Shown here piece after piece: positions 12,553-23,410 of a stretch of DNA of 64,000 bases. Made by a program: the position numbers and the translations under genes. Positions within the stretch are counted from its first letter, which is position 1. Each line of letters opens with the position of its first letter. The notes under the pieces are model-generated. The model saw nothing but the letters and a program-made list of their open reading frames with translations, had not been told where the DNA came from and ran no database searches. The stretch lies in contig NC_135803.1 in the NCBI RefSeq assembly GCF_964213995.1, positions 30,256,001 to 30,320,000 of the forward strand. The letters run 5' to 3'. The DNA is from Mustelus asterias (taxonomy: Eukaryota).

Positions 12553-12659
12553 TTGATCTAATCTATTGAAATGTCTGGTACAGGACTTGGATATTTGCTC
12601 AGACCGAAAGGTTTACATTAAAATGCATTGGCTCTTAAAGGTTATTCTTTGGACCTTAC

Positions 12660-12904
12660 CTGTCAGCTTGTACCTTTGTCAGGTTATCAGCAGTAAGTGG
12701 ACTCTGTTTTAGGGATGCGTTCAAGAGCTGAGTGCTCCTCTTCAGATCCCCTGCAGTCTTTTCAATTTGCTGTCCCAGCTCAGCCAGTCGTTCTTGTTTT
12801 CCAATCTCCTCCTCCTCACCTGACCGGGAAGATATCAGCTCCTGGAACTTGGTCTCCACCTGCTTCTGACTTTCCAGTACCATGCTAATTTCACTTGCTA
12901 CAAT
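12660..12904 (-). CDS. IQCG: IQCG coding exon (IVASEISMVLE...PLTADNLTKVQADR)
   Basis: AG/GT bounded, 245 nt, phase 0 to 2; ends in the IQCG-like DNLxKxQADR motif. Confidence 0.9.
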
Positions 12905-13484
12905 CTGGACAAGAAACAAATGTGAGATTTTCCTTTGGTGAGATATAACTGCTGTTATGCTCAGGTATGCTAAGAACTTGACAATTTTAAAAAACATCAT
13001 GGACTATTCTCCCAGCTCACTGCGCTAATTTTGTAGCACAGCAGACTGGGAGACTCAAGCGGAGGCCGTTTAGCGGGTTCCCCGCTGGGCGCCACGGCCT
13101 GCGTGCGTCTCCGGCAGCCGGATTTTTGGCGCCGTCGGCTCCGCGTCAGAAATCGGCACGGAGCTGCATAAATGATTTGGTCATTTTGAATGTATTTTAA
13201 ATATCATTACTGGGCCCGGGACTGGAGTCCAAACAGACATCACGACTTGCAGGTCAGCAACAACATCAAAACCTTGTCTGTACTGACATACGGTGCTGTA
13301 ATCACTACTTAAACCTATGTGATGTGGAGATGCTGGCGTTGGACTGGGGTAAACACAGTAAGGAGTCGAACAACACCAGGTTAAAGTCCAACAGGTTTAT
13401 TTGGTAGCAAACGCCATTAGCTTTCGGAGCGCTGCTCCTTCGTCAGGTGAGTGGGAGATCTGCTCATAAACAGCAAACAGGGCA

Positions 13485-14133
13485 TGTAAAGTGGAAAATA
13501 CAAGGGAGCACACTTTAAAATGGCAATACAAGAAAGCACACTTTAAAATGGCTGCCTGGCACATAAAGGGTTAACTGGGAAAGCCAAAAGAGCAGACACA
13601 GGCTCCTGCTGTTCAGAAAAACCTAACAAGACAAGCCACTTCCAAAGTACAGACAGTGACTCATAGCAAACAAACACCTCAGGAAGCCAAGCCAAGGGTC
13701 AAAACATCTTTTTAAGATAAGGAAACCCCAAAACAAAGAGCTTAGATTAACGTTAAAGGAAGGCGGGAAATATGAATGCGAGGGAACCGATTAGCACCTG
13801 AACGAGATGAAACTAGCCATTGATCGATACAGACATAAGGAGATGTACCCATTCATAAAATGCTAAATGTCTATACCTGTTTGTACTCTTGTAAACATGA
13901 GGAAATGTACCCATTCATAAAATGTTAAATACTTGTACTCACTTAAACAATGTGATAATGTTCGAATCACCGGTATACCCATTGTGTAAAGGATATAAAA
14001 ATGAACCGCTCCCAACATACTATTGAGAGAAGGTTTGCTACAGACCATGTGCCTTGTCTCCACGGAGCTCCGTTTAATAAATCGTATTTTCTGAATCTCG
14101 AAGTCTGACTACTAGTGGATTTTTCCCACAACA
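13485..14133 (+). mobile_element. Solo LTR (649 bp), 5-bp TSD GGGCA, inserted in the PLE left arm
   Basis: TG...CA ends; GGGCA at 13480-13484 and 14134-14138; TATAAAA at 13994 and AATAAA at 14076; the empty site is visible in the other arm (~16430-16445). Confidence 0.9.
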
Positions 14134-16469
14134 GGGCATATAAAGACACAAACTCAATTTACTGAATAATGAATGGAATGCGAGTCTTTACAGCTAATCA
14201 AGTCTTAAAGGTACAGACAATGTGAGTGGAGAGAGCATTAGCCCAGGTTAAAGAGATGTGTATTGTCTCCAGACAGGACAGCCAGTGAGACTCTGCAAGT
14301 CCAGGCAAGTTGTGGGGGTTACAGATAGTGTGACATGAACTCAAGATCCCGGTTGAGGCCGTCCTCATGTGTGCGGAACCTGGCTATCAGTCTCTGCTCA
14401 GCGACTCTGCGCTGTCATGTGTCGTGAAGGCCGCCTTGGAGAATGCTTACCCGAATATCAGAGGCCGAATGCCTGTGACCGCTGAAGTGCTCCCCAACAG
14501 GAAGAGAACAGTCTTGCCTGGTGATTGTCGAGCGGTGTTCATTCATCCGTTGTCGTAGCGTCTGCATGGTTACCCCAATGTACCATGCATCGGGACATCC
14601 TTTCCTGCAGCGTATCAGTTAGACAACGTTGGCCGAGTTGCAAGAGTATGTACCGTGTACCTGGTGGATGGTGTTCTCACGTGAGATGATGGCATACGTG
14701 TCGATGATCCGGCATGTCTTGCAGAGGTTGTGTGGCAGGGTTGTGTGGTGTAGTGGTCACTGTTCTCCTGAAGGCTGGGTAGTTTGCTGCGGACAGTGGT
14801 CTGTTTGAGGTTGTGCGGTTGTTTGAAGGCAAGAAGTGGGGGTGTGGGGATGGCCTTGGCGAGATGTTCGTCTTCATCAATGACATGTTGAAGGCTCCGG
14901 AAGAGATGTCGTAGCTTCTCCGCTCCGGGTAAGTACTGGACGACGAAGGGTACTCTGTCCACCGTGTCCCGTGTTTGTCTTCTGAGGAGGTCAGTGCGGT
15001 TTTCCACTGTGGCGCGTCGGAACTGTCGATCGATGAGTCGAGCGCCATATCCTGTTCTTATGAGGGCATCTTTCAGCATCTGGAGGTGTCTGTTGCGATC
15101 CTCCTCATCCGAGCAGATCCTGTGTATACGGAGGGCTTGGTTGCATTCTTGGAAACAAGCATCTCCATTAAGGACGGTCACCTCAGCACCTCACTGTACC
15201 GCAAGCCCACGGATAACCTCACGATGCTCCACTTCTCCAGCTTCCAACCTAAACACGTTAAAGAAGCCATCCCCTATGGACAAGCCCTCCGTATACACAG
15301 GATCTGCTCGGATGAGGAGGATCGCAACAGACACCTCCAGACGCTGAAAGATGCTCTCATAAGAACAGGATATGGCGCTCGACTCATCGATCGGCTGTTC
15401 CGACGCGCCACAGCGAAAAACCGCACCGACCTCCTCAGAAGACAAACACGGGACACGGTGGACAGAGTACCCTTCGTCGTCCAGTACTTCCCCGGAGCAG
15501 AGAAGCTACGACATCTCCTCCGGAGCCTTCAACATGTCATTGATGAAGACGAACATCTCGCCAAGGCCATCCCCACACCCCCACTTCTTGCCTTCAAACA
15601 ACCACACAACCTCAAACAGACCACTGTCCGCAACAAACTACCCAGCCTTCAGGAGAACAGTGACCACGACACCACACAACCCTGCCACAGCAACCGCTGC
15701 AAGACGTGTCAGATCATCGACATGTACGCCATCATCTCACGTGAGAACACCATCCACCAGGTACACGGTACATACTCTTGCAACTCGGCCAACATTGTCT
15801 ACCTGATACGCTGCAGGAAAGGATGTCCCGAGGCATGGTACATTGGGGAAACCATGCAGACGCTACGACAACGGATGAATGAACACTGCTCGACAATCAC
15901 CAGACAAGACTGTTCTCTTCCTGTTGGAGAGCACTTCAGCGGTCACGGGCATTCACCCTCTGATCTCCGGGTACCATGCCTCGGGCCATCCTTTCCTGCA
16001 GCGTATCAGGTAGACAATGTTGGCCGAGTTGCAAGAGTATGTACCGTGTACCTGGTGGATGGTGTTCTCACGTGAGATGATGGCATACATGTCGATGATC
16101 TGGCACGTCTTGCAGCGGTTGCTGTGGCAGGGTTCTCCAAGGCGGCCTTCACGACACATGACAGCGCAGAGTCGCTGAGCAGAGACTGATAGCCAGGTTC
16201 CGCACACATGAGGACGGCCTCAACCGGGATCTTGGGTTCATGTCACACTATCTGTAACCCCCATGACTTGCAAAGTCTCACTGGCTGTCCTGTCTGGAGA
16301 CAATACACATCTCTTTAACCTGTGCCAATGCTCTCTCCACTCACATTGTCTGTACCTTAAAGACTTGATTAGCTGTAAAGACTCGCATTCCAATCATTAT
16401 TCATTATTCTGTAAATTGAGTTTGTGTCTTTATATGCCCTGTTTGCTGTTTATGAGCAGATCTCCCACT

Positions 16470-16505
16470 CACCTGACGAAGGAGCAGCGCTCCGAAAGCT
16501 AATGG
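16470..16505 (+). ncRNA. Hammerhead ribozyme motif in the PLE pseudo-LTR (mirror copy ~13414-13449 on - strand)
   Basis: CAC-CTGACGA-A-GGAGC-AGC-GCTCC-GAAA-GC-TA-ATG; core intact but the first stem I pair is a C-A mismatch. Confidence 0.7.
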
Positions 16506-16652
16506 CGTTTGCTACCAAATAAACCTGTTGGACTTTAACCTGGTGTTGTTCGACTCCTTACTGTGTAAACGTATGTGGACAGTTTACATTGATCATCCGA
16601 TCTATAATCCTAAGTAAATTTTAAACATAAAAGCTCTGAGGGGAAATCCAAC

Positions 16653-17746
16653 GGGCAGAATTTTCCAGCCACGCTCGCCCTAAGATCAGAAAATCCCCCG
16701 AGGTCAACAGACCTTTGCATGGTCCGTGTCCTGCCTGCTACGATTCCTGGCGGGCAGAATGGGACTGCCGTAAAGTACATTTGCATGCAGAGATTTCGGC
16801 ATAGCTGCGATGTTCACATGTTTGAATCGCTCACACTGTGTGAAGAACTGCCATTTAGACTACATATCACAGGATTGCTGGCACCTGTAGAACTGTTCAC
16901 GTATCCACCTCATACATTAGTTTCATATGGACGGGAAAACGGGAGTCCATCATGCCAGTATTTTGAGTGAGCTCGGCACTGCAATCCTCCAGCACTCATG
17001 TCAATTATTTTGAGAGCTGGGAGCTTTGTGCCAGTATGGGGGAGGGGGGGGAGGGCCTCAGGGAGCCTAAATGCACTGGTGAAACCGGCTTCAGAGTGCT
17101 CAAAGGATGATTCTGCAGGGCTTCCCGATCTGCAGCTGAACCAGGAGACTTCGTCCCACCACGCCACCCCCGACAGACATCGGACCCTCCCCTTCATTGG
17201 CGGCATTGTTACCCCCAACACTGACATGGGTCGCCAACATCAGGACATCAGAACCCTCCCAATGAGTCCACTCCATTGGCAAACCCTGATGTGCCCCCAC
17301 GTCATGATCCCCTCCACGACACACCCCTATACGAACCCTCCCTCCATCTCCCGATATGATACCCTCCCCCCTTGCATAGCACCCCTCCCTCTGCCTTTGC
17401 ATAGGGTTCTGTCACTATGCATAGTCCCCGTCATTTTGCATAACTCCCCATCATAGCCCCACCATCTTGGCCAATTGAACACTACCCGGGTGCTGGTTGG
17501 GTACTGCCCAATGGGTACTGCTCGGCCATGCCCCTGACCCCCCAGAGGCTTCAATAGCCTCCAATCCCCCCAGCGTGGCCATGTGGTCTCCAATGCTGCA
17601 GAGCGGTAGTGATTATCACGCTAGCGTGACATCTCGCCGGTGAGGGGGAAACAGTCATGCCATAACCGCTAATCATATGCAGATGCAGGCAATCTAATGG
17701 TAATGAGCTTTGCGCCCTTTCTGGGCGAGCTGGTAAGATTGCGCCC
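16653..17746. mobile_element. Probable non-autonomous DNA transposon (PIF/Harbinger-like TIRs)
   Basis: GGGCAGAATTTTCC ... GGTAAGATTGCGCCC imperfect TIRs around a GC-rich interior. Confidence 0.45.
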
Positions 17747-18886
17747 TATATGTGTGAATATTTTCTTTCCTTTACAGTTTAAATTTCATTTGAAATACTA
17801 ATGCCCAGAAGCAGTATATCAGGCTATGATGGATAACAATACCTGAACATGAGAGATTTGGTCATAAGTCTGCAATCAGTTAATTTTAGTGGTCATCACT
17901 GTAAGAACTATAACAGAAGAGTTATATTATGATTCATTTCTGAACTCAATTGACAAGTTTTGAGAAGGGCCCAATCTCCTTTTATCACAAGTGCCCAACT
18001 GGATTCTTCTTGCTCAATTAAAAAATTTTTTTTGGAGAAGAATTATGCTCATCAAAGTGAAGGATGTGATTGGGAATAGCTTTTGGGTATCTAGTGACAT
18101 CATCTGCAACTTCACCCCTAAACCCCAACTTCAAAGGGACATATCCACCTGATGGAGTGTAATTATTTTTCATCCCACATCATTCATCTTGTGACTTCTC
18201 TAAGTGAGAGCCTGTGAGCATGACAGGAGTGGGAAGTGGAGAAAATCCAGTTTACTAATTATTCACTTCCAATGTACCTGCAAGCCATTTTCAATTCTGT
18301 ATTGTGGGTATTAGAATTGTTGCACAGTGATGTAACTAATGTCATTATATTTTGCATTCTGAGGTAATCAAACATGTGAAATACATTTTTCCTGAGAAAA
18401 CATACTTCTAATAGAACTAAAATTATCTTAAATTTTGACAACAAGCAGGTATAATGAACAGATGTCACTCCAGATTCTTTGTACTAATATTATGGAAATT
18501 TGGCCCCAATAGATATTGTTTATAGTTTCCCCCTTAATGCCAGAGCAAAATACCTTGCACCGTTGCAAGGATCAGTGGGGCTGTGATGCTATGTCATGCT
18601 AAACTTGTGGAGTACAATCAATTTCATTATGTCATTAAAGTACTGAAATTAACACAGCAGAGGGGATAAGATGTTTAGACTGGTATCTTTAGTAATCCAT
18701 TACTCCAATTTTCATTTTTATTTTATTTCCTTCTTGCTGCTTTATGTCTCCTTGGGACAAACCCATTTTCTAACTGACAAACTTTGGTAAAACTGGGCTT
18801 GATCTGACACGTAAACAATTTATTTAACACTTTTGCAGATGCAATGATACATGGACAGAATGCCAAAGATTTATGGAATCACTTAC

Positions 18887-19025
18887 ATTGGACGCATCAG
18901 CCCTTTCCTCATAGGAGACTGGCATGATAAGGCCAAGAATGGTTAATTGATCAATGCAATCGCCCAGCACATTGCAGATGCGCAGAATATCCCCCTGGGA
19001 AAGTTGCTGAAATTCTGCATCCTCT
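18887..19025 (-). CDS. IQCG: IQCG coding exon (EDAEFQQLSQGDILRICNVLGDCIDQLTILGLIMPVSYEERADASN)
   Basis: Resembles human [34 protein letters not shown]; polypyrimidine tract + AG acceptor and GTAAGT donor; phase 0 into the 12904 exon. Confidence 0.9.
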
Positions 19026-19356
19026 CTTTCAAAAAAAAAGGAAAAGAGATTATACTGTTTTTAAGCAAGGATGAGATTGTCAACAGCACAGTCTACCAGT
19101 TTGCAAATCCATGATGAGAATGTCTTAGACTACTTGCAGTTTTACTGTGAAGGCTCTAGATCAGACTTGTCCAAGATGCAGCATGTGGCATGGATGTGGT
19201 TGCAAGGCATTTTGAAGTGGCCTACTACATCCTCCCAAGTGTAGGTAACAATTCAACTTCAAAACTTCCTGGAAAGAATTTCCAAAAATGCTCAGAGTCT
19301 GCTCTGCCAATCACAGGCTGGTTTCCCTGTGCATTGGCTACTGATAGGCGGCCACT

Positions 19357-19740
19357 GATTTGATTTGATTTATTATTATCACATGTATTGGGATACAGTG
19401 AAAAGTATTGCTTCTTGTGTGCTAAACAGACAAAACATAGTGTTTGTAGAGTACATAGGGGAGAAGGAAAGGAGAAGGTGCAGAATATAGTGTTGCAGTT
19501 ACAGATAGGGTGCAGAGAAAGATCAGCTTAATATATAGTAAGTCCATTCAAAAGTCTGATGGCAGCAAAGAAGAAGCTGTTCTTTTGAGTTGGTTCGTAC
19601 GTGTTCTCAGAATTCTGTAGCTTTTTCCCAATGGAAGAAGGTGGAAGACAGTATGTTCAGGGTGCGTGGAGTCCTTGATTATGCTGGCTGCTTTTCCGAG
19701 GCAGCAGGAAGTATAGATGGAGTCAATGGTAGGAAGGCTG
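19357..19740 (-). mobile_element. Rex1/Babar-like LINE 3' fragment
   Basis: LPTIDSIYTSCCLGKAASIIKDSTHP.H..F.LLP motif and an (AAATC)n tail. Confidence 0.7.
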
Positions 19741-19849
19741 GACTCACCAACAAGAGGAAACATCTTTTCCACATGTATCTTTCCGAGACCATTCAGAATC
19801 ATAGAATCTCTACAGTGCAGAAGCAGGCCATTCGCCCATCGAGCCTAAA

Positions 19850-20131
19850 ATGAATACATTCGCGGCCGGGTGTTACGTTCGCGGCCGGGTGTCCCTGGAG
19901 AGGGAGCATGCGGTGTCCACTGGCGCGGTTGACGCCTTCCGCGCCCGCTGGGCACCGCAGGGGTTGGGGTGCATTATCGACCCTAATAAATCACATTTTA
20001 ATTTGATGTTTTTAAGTTTCCTTTGTACTTTGATTTCTGTTCGGGCTGTTCCCCCTCCTTTTTGGGGAGCTGCCCCTTTTACTTTGTCCTGACTTAATCT
20101 GAGTTTGTTTATTTGGTTTGACCTAAAAAGA
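19850..20131 (+). mobile_element. 3' end of an L1/Tx1-like element inserted in a V-SINE tail
   Basis: CpG-rich ORF end YVRGRVSLEREHAVSTGAVDAFRARWAPQG, then a T-rich 3' UTR; interrupts the minus-strand SINE at ~19795-20410. Confidence 0.5.
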
Positions 20132-21174
20132 GGGCAAGACGCACCAACGGAGCATCCCTGCCAGACCCTAACCCTGTAAACCCACATATTTACCCTGCTA
20201 ATCCCCTAACCTACACATCTTGAGACACTAAGGGGCAATTTAACATGGCCAATCCACCTAACCTGCACATTTTTGGACTGGGAGGAATCCGGAGCACCCG
20301 GAGGAAACCCAAGCAGACAAGGGGAGAACACGCAAACTCCACCCAGACAGTTACCCGAGGCTGGAATTGAACCTAGATCCCTGGTGCCGGGTGGCAGCAG
20401 TACTAACCACTTAAATTTTATCTTATATACGTCAATCAAGTTACCCCTCAATTTTCTAAACTGCGGTGGAAACAAGTCCAGTCTGCATAAGACTCATTCC
20501 AGGTGTTAATTTAGTAAATCTCTTAAACCACCTGCCTGCTTGGAAGGTTGTAAAAGATGATGCAGCATGACTTTGAAGCTAAGCAGGGAATTAATCCCCA
20601 ACACCCTGACCAATACTACTCCCTCAAATAACATCACAGAAACATCTTCTCATTATCATATTGCTGTTTTTGGGCGCTTGCAAGTTTTCTGTCGTGTTTC
20701 CTACATTACAACAGTGACTACACTTCAAAATCACCTCATTGGATCTAGGGCGATTAGAGATGACTGGTGATTGTGAAAAGTGCTATATAAATGCAAGTCT
20801 TTAATGCTGCTAGGGCTGAGATCTTAGCAGAAATTATATCAGCCACCCTGTAGATGGACATAGCTGAAACCCTCAGTGGACAGTACATTTCTCCATTCAG
20901 ATCATAGATGCCTGCATACATAGAACAGAGACCAGCACAGGAACAAGCCCTTTGGCCCACAATGTTGTGCCGACCATGATGCCAAATTAAACTAATCCCT
21001 TCTGCCTGCCCTTGGTCCATATCCCTCTTTTCTTTGCATATTCATATGCTTATCTAAATGCCCCTTAAACAACCCTATCGCACCTGGCTGCACCAGCACC
21101 CCTGGCAGCACGTTCCAGACACACACTGTGTAAAGAAACATCTCCTTTGAACTTTCCCTCTCTCACCTTAACAT

Positions 21175-21443
21175 TTAATTATTAGCGCCACAAGTAAGCT
21201 TACATCAACACTGCAATGAAATTACTGTGAAAATCCCCAAGTCGCCACACTCCGGTGCCTGTTCAGGAGAATTTAGCATGGCCAATGCACCTAACCAACA
21301 CGTCTCTCGGACTGTGGGAGGAAACCGGAGCACCCGGAGGAAACCCATGCAGACACAGGGAGAATGTGCAGATTCTGCACAGACAGTGACCCAAGCCGGG
21401 AATCCCTGGCGCAGTGCTAACCACTGTGCCGCAGTGCCGCCCT
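21175..21443 (-). mobile_element. V-SINE (HE1-like body, alternative tail)
   Basis: tRNA head plus TCTGTGCAGAATCTGCACATTCTCCC central domain; nested in a minus-strand CR1 3' fragment (~20915-21530). Confidence 0.8.
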
Positions 21444-21555
21444 AAGTGCAGGCCCTCTAGTATTAGACATTTCAACTCTGGGAAAAAGATTCTGACTGTC
21501 AACCCTACCTATGCCTCTCACAATTTTACTGACAAACTCTCCCAGGTAAACTCAC

Positions 21556-21644
21556 ATTTGTGCCCTGTGATCTTTGCTTGATGAAGTGCTGCTGTCTTTG
21601 GGAATGTTACAAAGAGCCTCCCTGCTCACTGAGTTCCCAAACAT
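21556..21644 (-). CDS. IQCG: Candidate first coding exon of IQCG (MFGNSVSREALCNIPKDSSTSSSKDHRAQ)
   Basis: ATG at 21644 is open to a GTGAGT donor in phase 2, matching the 19025 acceptor. An alternative GTAAGC donor at 21681 is also frame-compatible, so the first exon is unresolved. Confidence 0.4.
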
Positions 21645-21653
21645 TATTGACCC

Positions 21654-21667
21654 GTTACCACGGAAAC
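21654..21667. promoter_or_regulatory. RFX X-box
   Basis: GTTACCACGGAAAC closely fits the X-box consensus GTTNCCATGGNAAC and lies at the 5' end of a motile-cilium gene. Confidence 0.75.
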
Positions 21668-21959
21668 ACTGTGGGGCTTACCGTGCTCCCTGAGCTGTCC
21701 GCGGAGCTGCCTGTCGGGCGAGTTTGACATCAAAACCAAACAAACACATTCAGATGTCGCTGAGTGCATATTTTATATGCATATTTTTGTGTGCATATTT
21801 TAAATAAATAAAAATTTTAAAAATAAATCACCTCTTTAAAAAAAAGTTCCCAAATTGAACTGTTAAATTGCCAAAATGTTGATTAGATTTATTTTTTTAA
21901 ATTTTCAACGTAAATTTTAATTTTAAATAGGATGGGTTGAAGTTGGCGGTGTGATGATG

Positions 21960-22163
21960 GTTTAATTTGGTTTATTTTGGGTGGATTTAGTTTGTTTTGA
22001 GTTAATTTGGGGAATTCTGGTTTAATTTGGAGACTTTTGGTTTAATTCGGGTTAATTTGGTTTGTTTGGATTAATTTTCTTTATTTGGTGTTAATTTTGT
22101 GTTAATTTGGTTTATTTTGTGTTAATTTTGTGTTAATTTGGTTAATTTTGTGTTAATTTGGTT
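21960..22163. repeat. Degenerate 10-11 bp tandem repeat (GTTAATTTGG / GTTAATTTTGT)
   Basis: Roughly 20 imperfect units between the IQCG and RPL35A starts. Confidence 0.85.
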
Positions 22164-22179
22164 CTCTGGTTCAGTTTGC

Positions 22180-22256
22180 CGCTTCCGCCGCTGCTGGCTA
22201 ATTTCCCGAGCTGCCTTGCGGCGGCCTCTTCCTCCATTTTGTTGTCAGGGTGGGCG
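22180..22256 (+). promoter_or_regulatory. RPL35A: RPL35A core promoter and non-coding exon 1 (TCT/5'TOP)
   Basis: ETS-like CTTCCG at ~22182; pyrimidine tract CCTCTTCCTCC at 22225-22235; YY1-like CCATTTT; GTAAGT donor at 22257; CpG-rich surroundings. Confidence 0.75.
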
Positions 22257-22481
22257 GTAAGTGTCGGAGCTACTCGCTTCAAAACCCGATTCTGACCCTC
22301 TTTGCGGGCACGATGGCGGCCCAGAATAACTTAGCCCGGCGCAGGGGACTGTGCGCTTCAGTTATCTGTCATCGGGGAGGGTGTGTGGCGGCGGATGTTT
22401 GCGATGTCGAGCGGATTGTACTCGCTTGTTGATTGACTCTCTCTCTTTCTCTCAGATCCAGCTGCCTCCAGCGCGCTCGCA

Positions 22482-22492
22482 ATGCCCGGAAG
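22482..22492 (+). CDS. RPL35A: 60S ribosomal protein L35a, first coding exon (MPGR; exon 22456-22492)
   Basis: CTCAG acceptor, then ATG CCC GGA AG|GTAAG. Confidence 0.9.
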
Positions 22493-23221
22493 GTAAGAGC
22501 TACCGCTGTCCGGAGGATGGGGAAGGGTGTGTGTTGGATCTGAGACACCCAACTCGGGGTTGGGGCTGCTTATTAAAATCCTCTAGCTGTGCTGGCAGCT
22601 CCTCTCTCGGGTGTATCTGGGTGGTGGTAGTGGAGGGGAGCAGACAGGGGGGGGCCCTGTGAGAAACGTGTTCCTTTTACTCGTATTACTTGTTGTGGAT
22701 TTGTCATTTCGGCAAATGTTCAGAGAGTCTAACAAGCCCTTCCAAATTTCGCATATCCGGCCATCCTCTCGTTTGTTTCTATGTTTCTACTGAGGGGAAG
22801 GTGGGATCAGGATATTGAATCCAATGATCAAAATGAATAGCGGAGCAGGCTGGAGTGGCCTACTTCTCGTTTCTATCTTTCCATCCCTTGTTCTCCTCCG
22901 CTGAAATTTCTAACTCGTGTTTCGGTAGCACCCTTGGCAAGCTGCACGAATCAAGTGTAGGATTTTTAAAAAATAACTAAACCAGCAGCAGTTACTGGGC
23001 GATGATGAAAGGCCAGAATGGAAAATCTGTCTTTTCAAAAAGAGGGTCTCCTGCAACAGAAATAAGGAAAAAACTACAAATATACAAGGCTGGTACCAGA
23101 AATGATAGATTAGTGATTTGGGGTAGAATTGTTTAGTGGCATTTTAAGCTTTGACATTTTGTCTTTTGCCACCCTATGTGTTGAAAAACCATCTTGCGTT
23201 TTACCTAGTAATTATTTCTGA

Positions 23222-23410
<189 letters not shown>

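Larger units (their letters stand above)
13322..16566. mobile_element. Penelope-like retroelement (family A): inverted duplication of the 3' half (RT thumb, GIY-YIG endonuclease, pseudo-LTR)
   Basis: Right arm encodes LYRKPTD..LHFSS, CKTC and NIVYLIRC...WYIGET; left arm (13322-15139) is its reverse complement; TSD AAAC(C/G)TATGTG at 13311-13321 and 16567-16577. Confidence 0.93.

Noticed and set aside
14975-16075. 366-aa ORF as an intact gene
   Set aside because: It is chimeric: it starts in the antisense arm, crosses the palindrome junction, ends in the nested inversion and lacks the RT core.
16998-17593. Several 100-150 aa ORFs
   Set aside because: They lie in the GC-rich interior of a probable MITE and show no recognisable domains or splice support.
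21960-22163. CRISPR-like or telomeric array
   Set aside because: There are no unique spacers, the unit is not TTAGGG, and the context is eukaryotic.
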